From Deltaproteobacteria bacterium (GTDB lineage: Bacteria > Desulfobacterota > Syntrophia > Syntrophales > JAFGHS01), in assembly GCA_016930075.1 (NCBI GenBank), contig JAFGHS010000050.1, positions 32,872 through 96,871 on the forward strand: a stretch of 64,000 nucleotides of DNA, in the 5' to 3' direction. Numbering within the stretch: position 1 is the stretch's first letter; each line of letters begins with the position of its first letter. Made by a program: the position numbers and the translations under genes. The notes beneath the pieces are model-generated. The model did not search any database. It saw only the letters and a program-made list of their open reading frames with translations, and was not told the origin of the DNA. Below are positions 10,573 to 21,885 of the stretch, in pieces.

Positions 10573-12113
10573 ATGAGAATAGATGAATTGTTGAATAACT
10601 GCCCCGTGCTTCATGTGACAGGAGACCCTGCCGTCGATATATCGTCCATTGCTTACGATTCGCGAAACTGTACGAAAAGTTCCTTGTTTGTGGCGGTGCA
10701 GGGATTAAAGACGGACGGGCACGAATATATCGACCAGGCAGCAGCCAGAGGCGCCATTGCCGTCGTTTACGAAAGAGACCTGCCCCTGCTGCCTGCAGGA
10801 ATGACGGCTATCCGGGTGGAAAACTCCCGCCGCGCCCTCGGCATCCTTGGCCGAAACTATTACCACGACCCTTCTTCTCAGCTGTTTCTGGTCGGTGTGA
10901 CCGGTACGAAAGGGAAAACGACGGTTACCTATTTACTGGAATCGATTTTCCAGAAGGCCGGTTTATCCGCCGGTGTTTTAGGGACGGTGAATTATCGGTT
11001 TGGCGGCAAGATCATGCCGGCGTCCAACACAACGCCGGAATCCATCGAGATGCAGAAGATGCTGAGGCTGATGGTTGATGAAGGGGTGACCCACGTTGTT
11101 GCCGAAGTATCCTCCCATGCCGTCGATCTTAGGAGGATCGACGATTGTGCCTTCGACATCGGCGTATTTACAAACCTGGCGCAGGACCATCTCGATTACC
11201 ATCTGACGCTGGAGAATTACTACCAGGTCAAAAGGCGGTTTTTTACGGAAGTGATTCCTGAAGGCGGAAAGAAACAGCAGCCGCAGAGGATTATTAATGC
11301 AGACGATGCCTGGGGCAAAAGACTCATTGACGAACTCGATTCCGGATCGCTGACTTACGGCATAGATAGTCCCTGCCATGTCCGGGCGGAAAAATATGAT
11401 CTGGCTATTGATGCGATCCGTGCGGATATTGCGAGTCCGTGGGGCGGCCTCCATGTCATGTCCGGATTGACGGGGAAATTTAATCTTTACAACATCCTGG
11501 CTGCTGTAGCCTCTGCCCTATCCTTTGGTATTGAGCCGGAGGCGGTTCAAGAGGGTGTAAAAGCCCTGTCCTCGGTTCCCGGACGTCTGGAGAAAGTGAA
11601 GACAGGTATCGATGCCGAACCGATGGTGTTTGTCGATTATGCCCACACGGAAGATGCCCTGCGCAAGGTTCTGGAGAGTCTCCGTCATTTTAAGGAGGGG
11701 AAAATCATCACGGTGTTCGGATGCGGCGGAGACCGGGACCGCGGGAAAGGCCCCTCATGGGTGCCGCCGTCGCGGAATTAAGCGATATGGCCATTGTCAC
11801 ATCCGATAATCCGAGAACGGAGGACCCGCTGGCGATTATTGATGCGATCGAAAAAGGGATTTCCGGAACCGTCATGGCCAGGGTGCTTCCGGTTGATTTT
11901 AAGTTGAATCAATCAAAAGTGTATACGGTCATACCGGATCGCAAAACGGCTATTGAGGCGGCCATCGCCGTTGCCGATCCTTCAGACATCGTGCTTATTG
12001 CCGGGAAGGGCCATGAGGACTATCAGATCATCGGTTCCGTGCGCTTTCCTTTTGACGACCGGATGATCGCGAAAGAAGCGCTTACAGAGCAGTTTCACAA
12101 GGGGAAATTATGA
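10573..12113 (+). CDS. murE: UDP-MurNAc-tripeptide synthetase MurE (meso-DAP type), split by a 1-nt frameshift at ~11746-11748
   Basis: ORF 10573-11781 carries GTKGKTT, TTPES, DYAHT, FGCGGDRDRGK; ORF 11721-12113 continues RPLMG, SDNPR, AGKGHE; one added A restores GKRPLMG. Confidence 0.92.
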
Positions 12114-13555
12114 TGTCCTGCGACAATGCGCCCATTTTTACGTGCGGGGAGATTATCAAGGCCACAGGGGGCGTATTGTTGAACGGCGATTTGGATCGGC
12201 AATTTCGCGGTGTTTCAACGGATTCCCGGCAAACGGAGCAGGGTAATCTGTTTATTGCCCTGAAAGGCGATGCCTTTGACGGCCATGATTTTCTGGATGC
12301 CGCCATTTTAAGCGGTGCTGCCGGTTTGGTCATCGAAACGGCCAGCCAGGGCAGGCTGAAGAAGAAAGCCCTCAAGCGTATTGCCGTGATCAGCGTTGCG
12401 GATACCCTCGGAGCCCTGGGAGCCATCGCCCATTTCCGGCGCAAGGCATTCGATATTCCCGTTATCGGCATTACGGGCAGTGCAGGAAAGACAACGACGA
12501 AAGAGATGACGGCGGCTATTTTTGCCCTGACGAAAAAATGCCTTAAGACAGAAGGCAATTTCAACAACCTCATCGGTCTGCCCCTGACGCTTCTCAACTT
12601 GAACAAAGAGCATGAAATAGCCGTCATCGAGATGGGAACGAACTTCCCCGGCGAAATCGGCCGCCTGACACGCATCGCCGAACCTACCATTGGGCTTATT
12701 ACCAACGTTGGTCCCGCGCATCTCGAAGGACTGAAAACCATCGATTGCGTCCGGGAGGAGAAAGGCGACCTTTTCCGGTACATGGCCAAAGACGGCATTG
12801 CCGTTGTCAATCTCGATGATGAGAATACAAAAAAACTGGGTAACGCCCGACGGGGAAGAAAAGTGACCTTCGGCCTTCAGCCGGCGGCCGATGTGGAAGC
12901 CGTCAATATCAGGAAGCTCGGCATGCGTGGCTGCCGTTTTGATCTTCGGTTAGGCGAGATGAGGCAGGAGGTTCAATTAGCGCAGACCGGCGAACATCAT
13001 ATTTACAATGCCCTGGCGGCAGCGGCGGCGACGTGGACTCTGGGGACGGAGCCGTCCCTGATTTCCCGGGGCCTGTCGGCGGCAAAGCCTCTGTCGGGGC
13101 GAATGGAGATACATCCCCTGGGGAACGGAAGTTTCGTTATTAACGATGCCTATAACGCCAATCCCCTGTCTGTTCGCGCAGCCGTTAAAACCCTGGGCGA
13201 TCTGATGAGCGGCGGAGATGCCGTCGTTATCCTGGCGGACATGCTTGAGCTGGGCGAGTATGCGGTTGAGTTTCACGAAGAAATTGGCTCTATAATCGCC
13301 GCCCGGCATCCCGCCGCCCTGTTTCTTAAAGGCGACTATGCCAGCTATACCGCTCGCGGCGCCTGCAAGGGCGGATTGTCGAAAAAGAAGATTTTCCTTT
13401 ATGGAGAATCCAATGAAGTGTTGGCTTATCTCAAAAAGAATTTGAAAAAAGGACAATGGATTCTGGTGAAGGGTTCAAGGAGAATGAGGATGGATGAACT
13501 CGTCCGTCAAATCAAGGAGGCCTTTGGCGCCGATCCCTCGTTGATAAAGGATTAG
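12110..13555 (+). CDS. murF: UDP-MurNAc-pentapeptide synthetase MurF
   Basis: [32 protein letters not shown]. Confidence 0.96.
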   Translation: MMSCDNAPIFTCGEIIKATGGVLLNGDLDRQFRGVSTDSRQTEQGNLFIALKGDAFDGHDFLDAAILSGAAGLVIETASQGRLKKKALKRIAVISVADTLGALGAIAHFRRKAFDIPVIGITGSAGKTTTKEMTAAIFALTKKCLKTEGNFNNLIGLPLTLLNLNKEHEIAVIEMGTNFPGEIGRLTRIAEPTIGLITNVGPAHLEGLKTIDCVREEKGDLFRYMAKDGIAVVNLDDENTKKLGNARRGRKVTFGLQPAADVEAVNIRKLGMRGCRFDLRLGEMRQEVQLAQTGEHHIYNALAAAAATWTLGTEPSLISRGLSAAKPLSGRMEIHPLGNGSFVINDAYNANPLSVRAAVKTLGDLMSGGDAVVILADMLELGEYAVEFHEEIGSIIAARHPAALFLKGDYASYTARGACKGGLSKKKIFLYGESNEVLAYLKKNLKKGQWILVKGSRRMRMDELVRQIKEAFGADPSLIKD

Positions 13556-13557
13556 CT

Positions 13558-14637
13558 ATGATTTACCATTTATTGTATCCCCTTCATACAACCTTTTCAT
13601 CCTTCAACGTTTTTCGTTATATTACGTTTCGGACGATTTATGCCGCCATTACGGCCCTCGTCATCTGTTTTATCTTCGGCCCCTGGCTGATCAGGAAACT
13701 CCAGTCGCTCTCGATTTCTCAAACGATCCGTGATGACGGCCCCGATTCCCACCAGGCCAAGAAAGGGACGCCCACGATGGGGGGCATTCTCATCATCTTT
13801 GCCGTTTGCATTTCCACATTTCTGTGGGCAAATCTCAGGGTTGACTATATCTGGCTTACGCTGCTTGTTTTGGTCGGTTTTGGTTTGATCGGTTTTGCCG
13901 ACGACTTCAGAAAGCTCACAAAACAAAACAGCAAGGGCATTCCGGGAAAGGTGAGACTTTTCGGGGAAATCTTGATTGCCCTTTTCGTCAGTGCGATTCT
14001 TTATGTCAAGCCGGGATTTACCACAAATCTGACGATTCCATTTTTCAAGACGGTGCTTCCCAATATCGGGTGTTGGTATATCGTGCTTTCTGTTTTTATC
14101 ATCGTCGGAACGGCCAATGCCGTCAATCTGACGGACGGCCTCGACGGTCTGGCCATCGGTCCGGCCATTACCTGTTTCATGACGTATCTCCTGTTCGCCT
14201 ATTTTGCCGGCAATATAAAAATCGCCGGTTATTTGCAGATTCCCTATGTGGCGGGGACGGGGGAACTGGCCGTTTTATGCGGCGCCATGGTCGGTGCGGG
14301 CATCGGTTTCCTCTGGTACAACAGTTATCCGGCGGAGATGTTTATGGGCGATACGGGATCGCTTTCCCTGGGCGGCGCTCTGGGCGCCGTCGCCATCATT
14401 ACAAAGCAGGAAATCCTCCTGGCCATTGTGGGCGGATTGTTTGTCATGGAGACCTTCTCTGTGATTTTCCAGGTGGGCTGGTTTAAGATGTCGAAGGGCC
14501 GGCGGATATTCAGAATGGCGCCCATCCATCACCATTTTGAACTGAAAGGCTGGGCGGAACCCAAAGTCATTGTGCGCTTCTGGATTATTTCATTTTTACT
14601 GGCCCTCGTGGCCGCCAGTACGCTTAAGCTAAGGTAA
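13558..14637 (+). CDS. mraY: Phospho-MurNAc-pentapeptide transferase MraY
   Basis: [37 protein letters not shown]. Confidence 0.98.
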   Translation: MIYHLLYPLHTTFSSFNVFRYITFRTIYAAITALVICFIFGPWLIRKLQSLSISQTIRDDGPDSHQAKKGTPTMGGILIIFAVCISTFLWANLRVDYIWLTLLVLVGFGLIGFADDFRKLTKQNSKGIPGKVRLFGEILIALFVSAILYVKPGFTTNLTIPFFKTVLPNIGCWYIVLSVFIIVGTANAVNLTDGLDGLAIGPAITCFMTYLLFAYFAGNIKIAGYLQIPYVAGTGELAVLCGAMVGAGIGFLWYNSYPAEMFMGDTGSLSLGGALGAVAIITKQEILLAIVGGLFVMETFSVIFQVGWFKMSKGRRIFRMAPIHHHFELKGWAEPKVIVRFWIISFLLALVAASTLKLR

Positions 14638-14644
14638 AAGGTCT

Positions 14645-16006
14645 ATGGTTTTGAAAGGCAAGCGGATATTGGTGATCGGATTGGGAAAGACGGGGCTTTC
14701 AACGGTTCGTTTTCTCATCAGCCGGGGTGCATCCGTTCTGGCAACAGATGAAAAGCCCGTTGCCGAATGGCGTGAAGCCCTGCGTACACTGGAAAGGGGG
14801 GATGCCGACATCGAAGCATGTGCTTACGATACAGACGTTCTTTCCCGGACGGACATGATCATTCCATCTCCCGGCGTGCCGCCGGCAAATCCGATCCTGT
14901 CGGCGGCCGTCGATCGTCACATTCCGGTTTACAGTGAAATAGAACTGGCCAGCCGTTTTTTGACAACGCCCATGATGGCCATTACCGGCACCAACGGTAA
15001 GACGACCACGACGACCCTGATCGGAGAGCTCCTGAAGGCCGCCGGCAAAAAGGTTTTCGTCGGCGGCAATATCGGCAATCCCCTGATAGATTATGTAAAC
15101 GGCAATCAGGATTGCGACTATGCCGTCGTAGAGGTGAGCAGCTTCCAGCTCCAATGGGTTGAGCAGTTTCATCCCGTCTGCGCCATCCTCATGAACGTGA
15201 CGTCCGATCATATCGATTATCACGGTGATTTTGCCGCTTACCGGCAGATCAAAGAGAGGATATTCATGAATCAGACCGCCCATGACCTGGCCGTTCTGAA
15301 CGCCGATGAAGACGGGACGGACGCTGCGCTAAACGCGCGGCTTGCGGCGCGCGTCTGCCGCTTCAGCGCCGCCACAGTATTGGAAAGAGGCGTTTATCTC
15401 GATCATGAAACCATCGTTTACAGGGAGGTAGAGGGTCACGATAACCCGGAGACCTACCCCCTTTCCATGATAAAAATCCCCGGCGTTCACAATATCCACA
15501 ATGTCATGGCCGCCGTGGCTGCGGCAAGGTACTGCGGCTGTTCCCCTTCCGCCATCATCCGGTGCATAGAGAATTTCCGGGGGATTTCCCACCGCATCGA
15601 ATATTCCGGTGAGAAACGGGGAATTGCCTTCTATGACGACTCCAAGGGAACCAATGTCGGCGCCGTTTATGTGGCCGTCGAGTCGTTTTCACGATCTGTC
15701 ATCCTTCTGATGGGTGGGAGGGATAAAGACATCGATTTTTCGGTTCTCATTCCCGTACTCAAAAAGAAAGTAAAGCGGCTGATCCTCTTCGGCGAGGCGA
15801 GGGATAAAATATACCGTGCCATTGGCGACGTTGTTGAGACGGTTCGCGTCGGAACAATGAAAGAAGCCGTTGAAACGGCTTACCGCTGCGGAGTGTCAGG
15901 GGACATTGTCCTCCTGTCGCCCGGTTGTGCGAGTTTCGATGAGTTTAAGGATTACAAGGAAAGGGGACGTTTCTTTAAAGAAGTGGTGGGGGGCCTTGAC
16001 GCATGA
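14645..16006 (+). CDS. murD: UDP-MurNAc-L-Ala-D-Glu ligase MurD
   Basis: GLGKTG, SPGVP, GTNGKTT, EVSSFQL, DDSKGTN, LSPGCASFD. Confidence 0.97.
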   Translation: MVLKGKRILVIGLGKTGLSTVRFLISRGASVLATDEKPVAEWREALRTLERGDADIEACAYDTDVLSRTDMIIPSPGVPPANPILSAAVDRHIPVYSEIELASRFLTTPMMAITGTNGKTTTTTLIGELLKAAGKKVFVGGNIGNPLIDYVNGNQDCDYAVVEVSSFQLQWVEQFHPVCAILMNVTSDHIDYHGDFAAYRQIKERIFMNQTAHDLAVLNADEDGTDAALNARLAARVCRFSAATVLERGVYLDHETIVYREVEGHDNPETYPLSMIKIPGVHNIHNVMAAVAAARYCGCSPSAIIRCIENFRGISHRIEYSGEKRGIAFYDDSKGTNVGAVYVAVESFSRSVILLMGGRDKDIDFSVLIPVLKKKVKRLILFGEARDKIYRAIGDVVETVRVGTMKEAVETAYRCGVSGDIVLLSPGCASFDEFKDYKERGRFFKEVVGGLDA

Positions 16007-17184
16007 ATCGCACGCAGAAAGTCCACAAGTCTTTCTGGACGGATCGTATCCGTGAGTTCCGGTTGAAAGTGATTCCGATGAGCAAGCTGCCGGCGCCTGA
16101 TAAACGGCCGGATGTTCTGTTGCTCATTGTCACGCTGATCCTCGTTTCCGTCGGTACGGTCATGATCTACTCTTCAAGCTCCATCATGGCTGCCGCGCGT
16201 TATCATGACGGATATTTATTCCTGAAAAAGCAGCTCATATTCCTTGTCCTCGGTTTGGCCCTCATGGTGTTTTTGACGAAGGTTCCCTACCACTACCTGA
16301 AAAAAGCGGCCTACCCGTTGATCGGCCTGTCGTTCTTACTGCTTGCCGTCATTTTTATTCCCCATTTCGGCGTCCGGGCGGGCGGCGCCAGACGCTGGCT
16401 GAATCTGGGCTTTATCGCCTTCCAGGTCTCGGAGATGGTCAAGGTCGTCATCGTGCTTTTCCTTGCCCATTTTTTAACGAAGAAGATGGCCCATCTGCGT
16501 GATTTTAAAAAGGGCATTGTCGTACCCCTGATCGTAACAGTTTTTCTTGTCGGTCTGATCATCCTGCAGCCGGATTTCGGGACGGCTGCCATTATTGCGT
16601 TTTTGCTGATGTTCATGCTCTACGTATCCGGATGCAGAATCCTCCATCTTTCCGCCATGGTGGCGGCGTTGATTCCCGTGGGCATTTTGTTCGTCCTGCT
16701 GGCGCCCTATCGATTGGCCCGTGTGACGGCCTTTCTCAATCCCTGGAATGATCCTCAGAAAACGGGGTTTCATATTATTCAGTCGCTCCTGTCGTTCGGA
16801 TCGGGTGGCGCCTTCGGAGTAGGGCTCGGCGACGGCATGCAAAAACTCTTTTATCTCCCGGAGCCGCATACGGATTTCATTATCGCCGTTATCGCCGAAG
16901 AGGGGGGATTTATAGGAGTTCTTGCCGTAATTATGCTTTTTGCGGTTTTTATCATCAGAGGCTTTATGATTTCGTTAAAAGCCGCCGATCGCTTCGGTTC
17001 CCTGCTGGCCGCAGGTTTGACCATGATCATCGCCCTGGAGGCCTTTATTAACATTGCCGGCGTGATGGGGCTTGTTCCTCTGAAGGGATTGGCGTTGCCG
17101 TTTTTAAGCTATGGCGGGACGTCGCTCATGATGTCTTTAGTAACGGTCGGGATTCTGTTGAATGTGTCGTCCTATGGAAAGTGA
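16003..17184 (+). CDS. ftsW: SEDS peptidoglycan polymerase FtsW (start may be 16078)
   Basis: GARRWL, QPDFG, YLPEPHTDFI, LPFLSYGG. Confidence 0.96.
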   Translation: MNRTQKVHKSFWTDRIREFRLKVIPMSKLPAPDKRPDVLLLIVTLILVSVGTVMIYSSSSIMAAARYHDGYLFLKKQLIFLVLGLALMVFLTKVPYHYLKKAAYPLIGLSFLLLAVIFIPHFGVRAGGARRWLNLGFIAFQVSEMVKVVIVLFLAHFLTKKMAHLRDFKKGIVVPLIVTVFLVGLIILQPDFGTAAIIAFLLMFMLYVSGCRILHLSAMVAALIPVGILFVLLAPYRLARVTAFLNPWNDPQKTGFHIIQSLLSFGSGGAFGVGLGDGMQKLFYLPEPHTDFIIAVIAEEGGFIGVLAVIMLFAVFIIRGFMISLKAADRFGSLLAAGLTMIIALEAFINIAGVMGLVPLKGLALPFLSYGGTSLMMSLVTVGILLNVSSYGK

Positions 17185-18280
17185 CGCAGTGATGGGTGAA
17201 TGCAGAATGATCATAGCCGGGGGCGGCACAGGGGGTCATCTTTTCCCGGGCATTGCCGTCGCGGAAGAGTTATTAAAGCGAAATCCGAAAAACGCCGTGC
17301 TGTTTATCGGAACGGAAAGGGGACTGGAAAACAGGATTCTTCGTGAGCTTGGGTACGAGTTGCGATTGCTTGACGTGGAAGGCGTCAAAGGAAGGGGCAT
17401 CATGAAAGCCGCGCAGGCGGTTCTGAAAATACCGAAGAGCATGATGGCGTCCCTCAAAATTATCCGGGACTTCCGGCCCGATATCGTCATGGGCGTCGGC
17501 GGCTACGTGTCGGGGCCCAGTGTGATCACGGCGCACTTCATGGGAATCAAGACGGTCGTTGCCGAGCAGAATGTTATTCCGGGGGTGACCAATCGCATCC
17601 TCGGCAGGTTTGTCGATAAAATATTCATTACCTTTTCCGATACTGAAAAATGGATTTCCGGCAAAAAAGCTTTCATGTCCGGCAACCCGATCCGTGCCGG
17701 TTTTATGGCTGAAAATGGGGCGTCAAAAGAGGACAACGGCCGCTTTAACATCCTCGTATTCGGGGGCTCTCAAGGCGCACGGGCCATCAACAGGGCCTGC
17801 ATGGATGCCCTGGATCATTTGGGGACGATGAAAGATCAACTGAAATTTGTTCATCAGACGGGGAAAGACGATTGCGAAGAGGTTTCAAGAGGATACCGTA
17901 CCCGCGGTTTTGATGCAGTGGTCCTGCCTTTCATTATGGATATGCCTGCGGCATACCGATCGGCCGATTTGCTGATCTGCCGCGCCGGCGCCACATCCAT
18001 TGCCGAGTTGACCGCGTGCGGCAAGGCGTCTGTTTTGATTCCCTTTCCCTATGCGATTCATGACCATCAGACCAAAAACGCCGAGGTTCTGGTCAGGGCG
18101 GGAGCGGCGGAGATGATTCCCGAAACCGAATTAAGCGGCCCGGTGCTGGCGCATATGATCGAAGATTTTAAAGACAACCCCGATGTAATCTGGGCCATGG
18201 AGAAAAAATCCTTTGCCCTGGGCAATAAACGGGCGGCGGCGGATATTGTTGATGAGTGTTTGAGAATGATAAAAAAATAG
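17174..18280 (+). CDS. murG: Lipid II GlcNAc transferase MurG (start uncertain, 17162-17207)
   Basis: GGGTGGHLFP, GGYVS, EQN, GNPIR, GGSQGA, RAGATS. Confidence 0.96.
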   Translation: MESDAVMGECRMIIAGGGTGGHLFPGIAVAEELLKRNPKNAVLFIGTERGLENRILRELGYELRLLDVEGVKGRGIMKAAQAVLKIPKSMMASLKIIRDFRPDIVMGVGGYVSGPSVITAHFMGIKTVVAEQNVIPGVTNRILGRFVDKIFITFSDTEKWISGKKAFMSGNPIRAGFMAENGASKEDNGRFNILVFGGSQGARAINRACMDALDHLGTMKDQLKFVHQTGKDDCEEVSRGYRTRGFDAVVLPFIMDMPAAYRSADLLICRAGATSIAELTACGKASVLIPFPYAIHDHQTKNAEVLVRAGAAEMIPETELSGPVLAHMIEDFKDNPDVIWAMEKKSFALGNKRAAADIVDECLRMIKK

Positions 18281-18295
18281 CATCGGCGGATTCAA

Positions 18296-18380
18296 AGCGT
18301 GTAGCGTAACTCGTGAAGCGTGAAGCATGACGACATGACGAGCAGGATACGAGACGCGAGCGACGAACGACGCATCAACG
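18296..18380. repeat. Degenerate heptamer (CGTGAAG-type) tandem repeat between murG and murC
   Basis: agcgtgt-agcgtaa-ctcgtga-agcgtga-agcatga...gatacga-gacgcga-gcgacga-acgacgc; CG recurs every 7 nt; related copy at 60690-60809. Confidence 0.7.
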
Positions 18381-18402
18381 GACCGGAGGGATATAACAAA
18401 CG

Positions 18403-19803
18403 GTGGAAGAAAGCAGAAGAAATACGGACGTCATGCGCAGAAAAGTGCAGTGCATCCATTTTGTGGGCATCGGCGGCATCGGTATGAGCGGCATTGCGGA
18501 GGTCCTCCTTAATCTGGGATATGCCGTCAGCGGGTCCGATCTGGGACAGTCCGACATCACGCAGCGTTTGAGTGCCCTGGGCGCAAAAATCGCCGTCGGC
18601 CACGACGCAGGGAATCTCAGAGAGGTCGATGTGGTTGTCACTTCCACAGCGGTCAGGGCCGACAATCCGGAAGTCGTTGAAGCCCACCGCCGGATGATTC
18701 CCGTAATCCCCCGCGCCGAGATGCTGGCAGAGCTCCTCAAAATGAAATTTTCCATCGCCGTATCGGGCAGCCACGGCAAGACCACAACCACATCCATGGT
18801 GGCTACAGTTCTTGCGGACGGGGGGCTTGACCCGACCATGGTGATCGGCGGGAAACTGGGCAGCATCGGCAGCAATGCCAAGATGGGCGGCGGCTCCGTG
18901 ATTGTCGCGGAAGCCGACGAGAGCGACGGCTCCTTCCTGAAACTGAGTCCCTCCATTGCCGTCATTACCAACATAGACCGGGAACATCTCGACTACTATC
19001 GGGATATTGATGATATAAAAAGCGCCTTCCTCCAATTCGCCAACATCGTGCCTTTTTACGGCTCCACAATCATCTGCGCCGATGACGCCCATTGCCGGGA
19101 GATCATTCCTCTGGTGAAGCGCAAAGTGATTACCTACGGCCTTTCGCAGCCGGCGGATTACCAGGCCGCGGACATGACATTTGCCGGCTCGTCCTCCCGT
19201 TTTTCCGTCCGGCATGGAGGCGCCCTTCTGGGTGAAGTGGTCCTGAATGTTCCCGGTATATTTAATATTTCCAACGCCCTGGCTGCCGTTGCCGTCGCCC
19301 GTGAACTTGACATGGCGTTTGCCGTCATCTGCGACGGCCTTTCAAAGTTCGGCGGCGTCCAGCGGCGGTTGGAGGTGAAGGGCAAGACGGGCGGTGTGAC
19401 CGTTGTGGACGACTATGGCCATCATCCGACAGAAATCAAGGCGACGCTTGCCGCGGCCAGGCATGTATGGCATGACCGGGTCATCTGCGTCTTCCAGCCC
19501 CACCGCTATACAAGGACGAAGGCGCTGTATCAAGAATTTCTGTCGGCCTTTGCCGATGCGGATGTCCTGATCCTGACGGACATTTACCCTGCCAGCGAAG
19601 AACCCATTCCCGGCGTCGATTCCCTGAATTTATGCAGGGGAATCACCGAGGCGGGCCACAAAGACGCGACATATATGGCTGACGCTCGTGAGATCGTGGA
19701 AAAGCTGCGCGCCATAGCAAAACCTTCGGATTGCATCATTACCCTCGGTGCCGGAAACGTGTGGAAGATAGGGGAAGAGTATTTGAGAAAGGTTGGTGAG
19801 TAA
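18403..19803 (+). CDS. murC: UDP-MurNAc-L-alanine ligase MurC (start 18403 or 18433)
   Basis: [39 protein letters not shown]. Confidence 0.97.
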   Translation: MEESRRNTDVMRRKVQCIHFVGIGGIGMSGIAEVLLNLGYAVSGSDLGQSDITQRLSALGAKIAVGHDAGNLREVDVVVTSTAVRADNPEVVEAHRRMIPVIPRAEMLAELLKMKFSIAVSGSHGKTTTTSMVATVLADGGLDPTMVIGGKLGSIGSNAKMGGGSVIVAEADESDGSFLKLSPSIAVITNIDREHLDYYRDIDDIKSAFLQFANIVPFYGSTIICADDAHCREIIPLVKRKVITYGLSQPADYQAADMTFAGSSSRFSVRHGGALLGEVVLNVPGIFNISNALAAVAVARELDMAFAVICDGLSKFGGVQRRLEVKGKTGGVTVVDDYGHHPTEIKATLAAARHVWHDRVICVFQPHRYTRTKALYQEFLSAFADADVLILTDIYPASEEPIPGVDSLNLCRGITEAGHKDATYMADAREIVEKLRAIAKPSDCIITLGAGNVWKIGEEYLRKVGE

Positions 19804-19861
19804 AATGCGTGCATATTTGACCAAAGCTTTTAAACGGGGTTTAAAATTTGGAGACAAATCG

Positions 19862-19902
19862 GGAAGCATGAGGACCGATTTTAAATCTGTCCCCATGCTT
19901 CC
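19862..19902. repeat. GGGGACAGATTTSAAATCTGTCCCC-family palindrome (degenerate) with 8-bp extended stem
   Basis: ggaagcat-GAGGACCGATTTTAAATCTGTCCCC-atgcttcc in the murC-murB spacer. Confidence 0.8.
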
Positions 19903-20044
19903 GAATCGGGCGTTGCCCTCGTACATTGAATCGATCGAACGCAGCGTCAGAATTGAGTGGTACCCCAATAAAACGTGGATTGGCCCCCTGCGCAGATCAT
20001 CATCTTTGCAGCGGTAGGGCATTCATGAACAGGAATATCGCAAC

Positions 20045-20965
20045 ATGACGAACAAGGCCCTGATCCGGGAAGTGGAAAAAGCAATTGCCTGTCCCGTTCT
20101 CTATGACGAGTCCATGAAGCAGCATACGTCCATGGGCGTCGGCGGCAAGGCGGATGTGTTTTTTTCCCCGACGGGCGCAGATGAACTTGCCAGGATTGTG
20201 ATGTTTTTAAAAGATCGCGACATACCGTTTGTCGCCGTCGGCAACGGAACAAACGTTATTGTGAAGGACGGCGGCTACCGGGGCGCCATTCTGTCGCTGA
20301 AGGGCCTTCGGAAAATGGGCCTTGAAAAAAGAGATGCAGAGCGTCATGCGGTTTTTGCCGAGGCCGGCGTCGGCCTGGCCGCCCTTGTTCAATATTGCGC
20401 CGAAGAAATGCTGACGGGCCTGGAATTTGCCGCCGGCATCCCGGGCAGCGTCGGCGGCGCCGTTAAAATGAATGCCGGCGCCTACGGCTGGGAAATGAAA
20501 GACGTCATCGAAAAGGTTTGCCTTTTGAATGACGCAGGCGGGATGCGCGACGTAGAAAGGGCTGCACTGAAATTTGAATACCGGAAACTCCATCTGAATA
20601 CGGATGAGATTATTGTCGGCGCGTCTTTTCTCCTTGAACGGGGCAACAGGGAAAGCATCCGGGCGGAGATCAGTCGCATTCTCGCTTTGCGGAAAGACAA
20701 ACATCCCCTGGATTACCGAAGCGCCGGTTCCATCTTCAAAAATCCGGCAAAGACGCCGGCAGGGAGGCTTATCGAAGAAGCGGGTCTGAAAGGCGTACGG
20801 TCGGGCGACGCCCAGGTATCGGAGAAGCACGGCAATTTCATCATCAACCTCGGTCAGGCAAAAGCCGCCGATGTGCTTGATCTGATGGCCGTCGTCAAGA
20901 AAAAGGTGTTTGAGAAAAAAGGGATTGTTCTGGAAGAAGAAGTTGTGATTCTGGGGGAAGATTAG
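20045..20965 (+). CDS. murB: UDP-N-acetylenolpyruvoylglucosamine reductase MurB
   Basis: HTSMGVGG, GNGTN, GIPGSVGGAVKMNAGA, SAGSIFKNP, SEKHGNF. Confidence 0.96.
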   Translation: MTNKALIREVEKAIACPVLYDESMKQHTSMGVGGKADVFFSPTGADELARIVMFLKDRDIPFVAVGNGTNVIVKDGGYRGAILSLKGLRKMGLEKRDAERHAVFAEAGVGLAALVQYCAEEMLTGLEFAAGIPGSVGGAVKMNAGAYGWEMKDVIEKVCLLNDAGGMRDVERAALKFEYRKLHLNTDEIIVGASFLLERGNRESIRAEISRILALRKDKHPLDYRSAGSIFKNPAKTPAGRLIEEAGLKGVRSGDAQVSEKHGNFIINLGQAKAADVLDLMAVVKKKVFEKKGIVLEEEVVILGED

Positions 20966-21826
20966 ATGGAAGGGTTGTTCAAACCAAAATTTTCGACAAG
21001 AAAATACCGGGCGAAAAGACGCCTGGGACAGACGTTTCTTGATATCCTGAAAGCCTTGTTTTTGATCTGCGCGGTTTTGGCGGTCGGCGCCGTAATGATC
21101 TATGCTTATAATTATACCATTACGAATCCGTATTTTCAGATCCGGGAGACGGTTGTCCGGGGCTGCAATGAATTGACGGAAAAGGATATTTTATCCCTGG
21201 CCGATACAGCGGTGCAGTCGCCTAACCTCCTTGCGATCAATGCGGAGGCTATTTCCCGGAAGGTCGGACAAAATCCCTGGATAAAAAAAGTCTATATCGG
21301 CAGGGAGCTGCCCAACAGGCTTGTAATCGAGGTCCGGGAGCGAAAGGCCGTTGCCGTCATCAGGATAGGCGACGAGTTGTACCTGCTCGACAGCGACGGC
21401 GTTGTCTTTAAAAAGAGAGAAAACGCCGACGCCGCCGATCTGCCCATCCTGACGGGGTTTTATCGTAATGGGGCGATAGATAAAAACCTTTTGCATCAGT
21501 CGCTTGAGTTGCTCCGGCATCTGGCTAAAACGACGGACTTCCCCATTCTCAGCGCCGTTTCCGAGGTTCACGGCGACGACGAATTCGGGTTTTCCCTTTA
21601 CACGAATACGGGTTTGTGTCTGCAACTGGGATTTGACTGTTATGAGAGCAAATTCAAGCGACTGGTCCCTGTGCTGGCCGATTTGGAGAAGAAAAATTTC
21701 CATGCGGCTTATTTGAAGATTGATCTTTCCGATCCGGTGAAGATTACCGTTAAAAGAAGCGGCATCCTGAGCCCCCGGGGACCGATCGAGCAACCTTCGG
21801 GCGCGAAAAACAGGGTTCGTGCTTGA
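20966..21826 (+). CDS. ftsQ: Cell division protein FtsQ/DivIB
   Basis: TM segment plus POTRA (NPWIKKVYIGRELPNRL.IEVRER); directly upstream of ftsA. Confidence 0.9.
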   Translation: MEGLFKPKFSTRKYRAKRRLGQTFLDILKALFLICAVLAVGAVMIYAYNYTITNPYFQIRETVVRGCNELTEKDILSLADTAVQSPNLLAINAEAISRKVGQNPWIKKVYIGRELPNRLVIEVRERKAVAVIRIGDELYLLDSDGVVFKKRENADAADLPILTGFYRNGAIDKNLLHQSLELLRHLAKTTDFPILSAVSEVHGDDEFGFSLYTNTGLCLQLGFDCYESKFKRLVPVLADLEKKNFHAAYLKIDLSDPVKITVKRSGILSPRGPIEQPSGAKNRVRA

Positions 21827-21885
21827 GATGATGATATAAAAGCTGACACCAGCCGTGAAGACGGCAAGGAAAGGCGGATGGAACA

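Noticed and set aside
11741..11750. Programmed -1 frameshift in murE at GGGAAAG
   Set aside because: The heptamer is not in the X XXY YYZ phase relative to the upstream reading frame.
19793..20017. Small ORF between murC and murB (also 27728-27934, 36124-36804, 40046-40417)
   Set aside because: Translations include repeat-derived peptides (RTDFKSVP, CHCEA, GDRFQICP).
20965..20966. Absence of ddl between murB and ftsQ
   Set aside because: The genes abut with no scar, and ddl commonly lies outside the dcw cluster.
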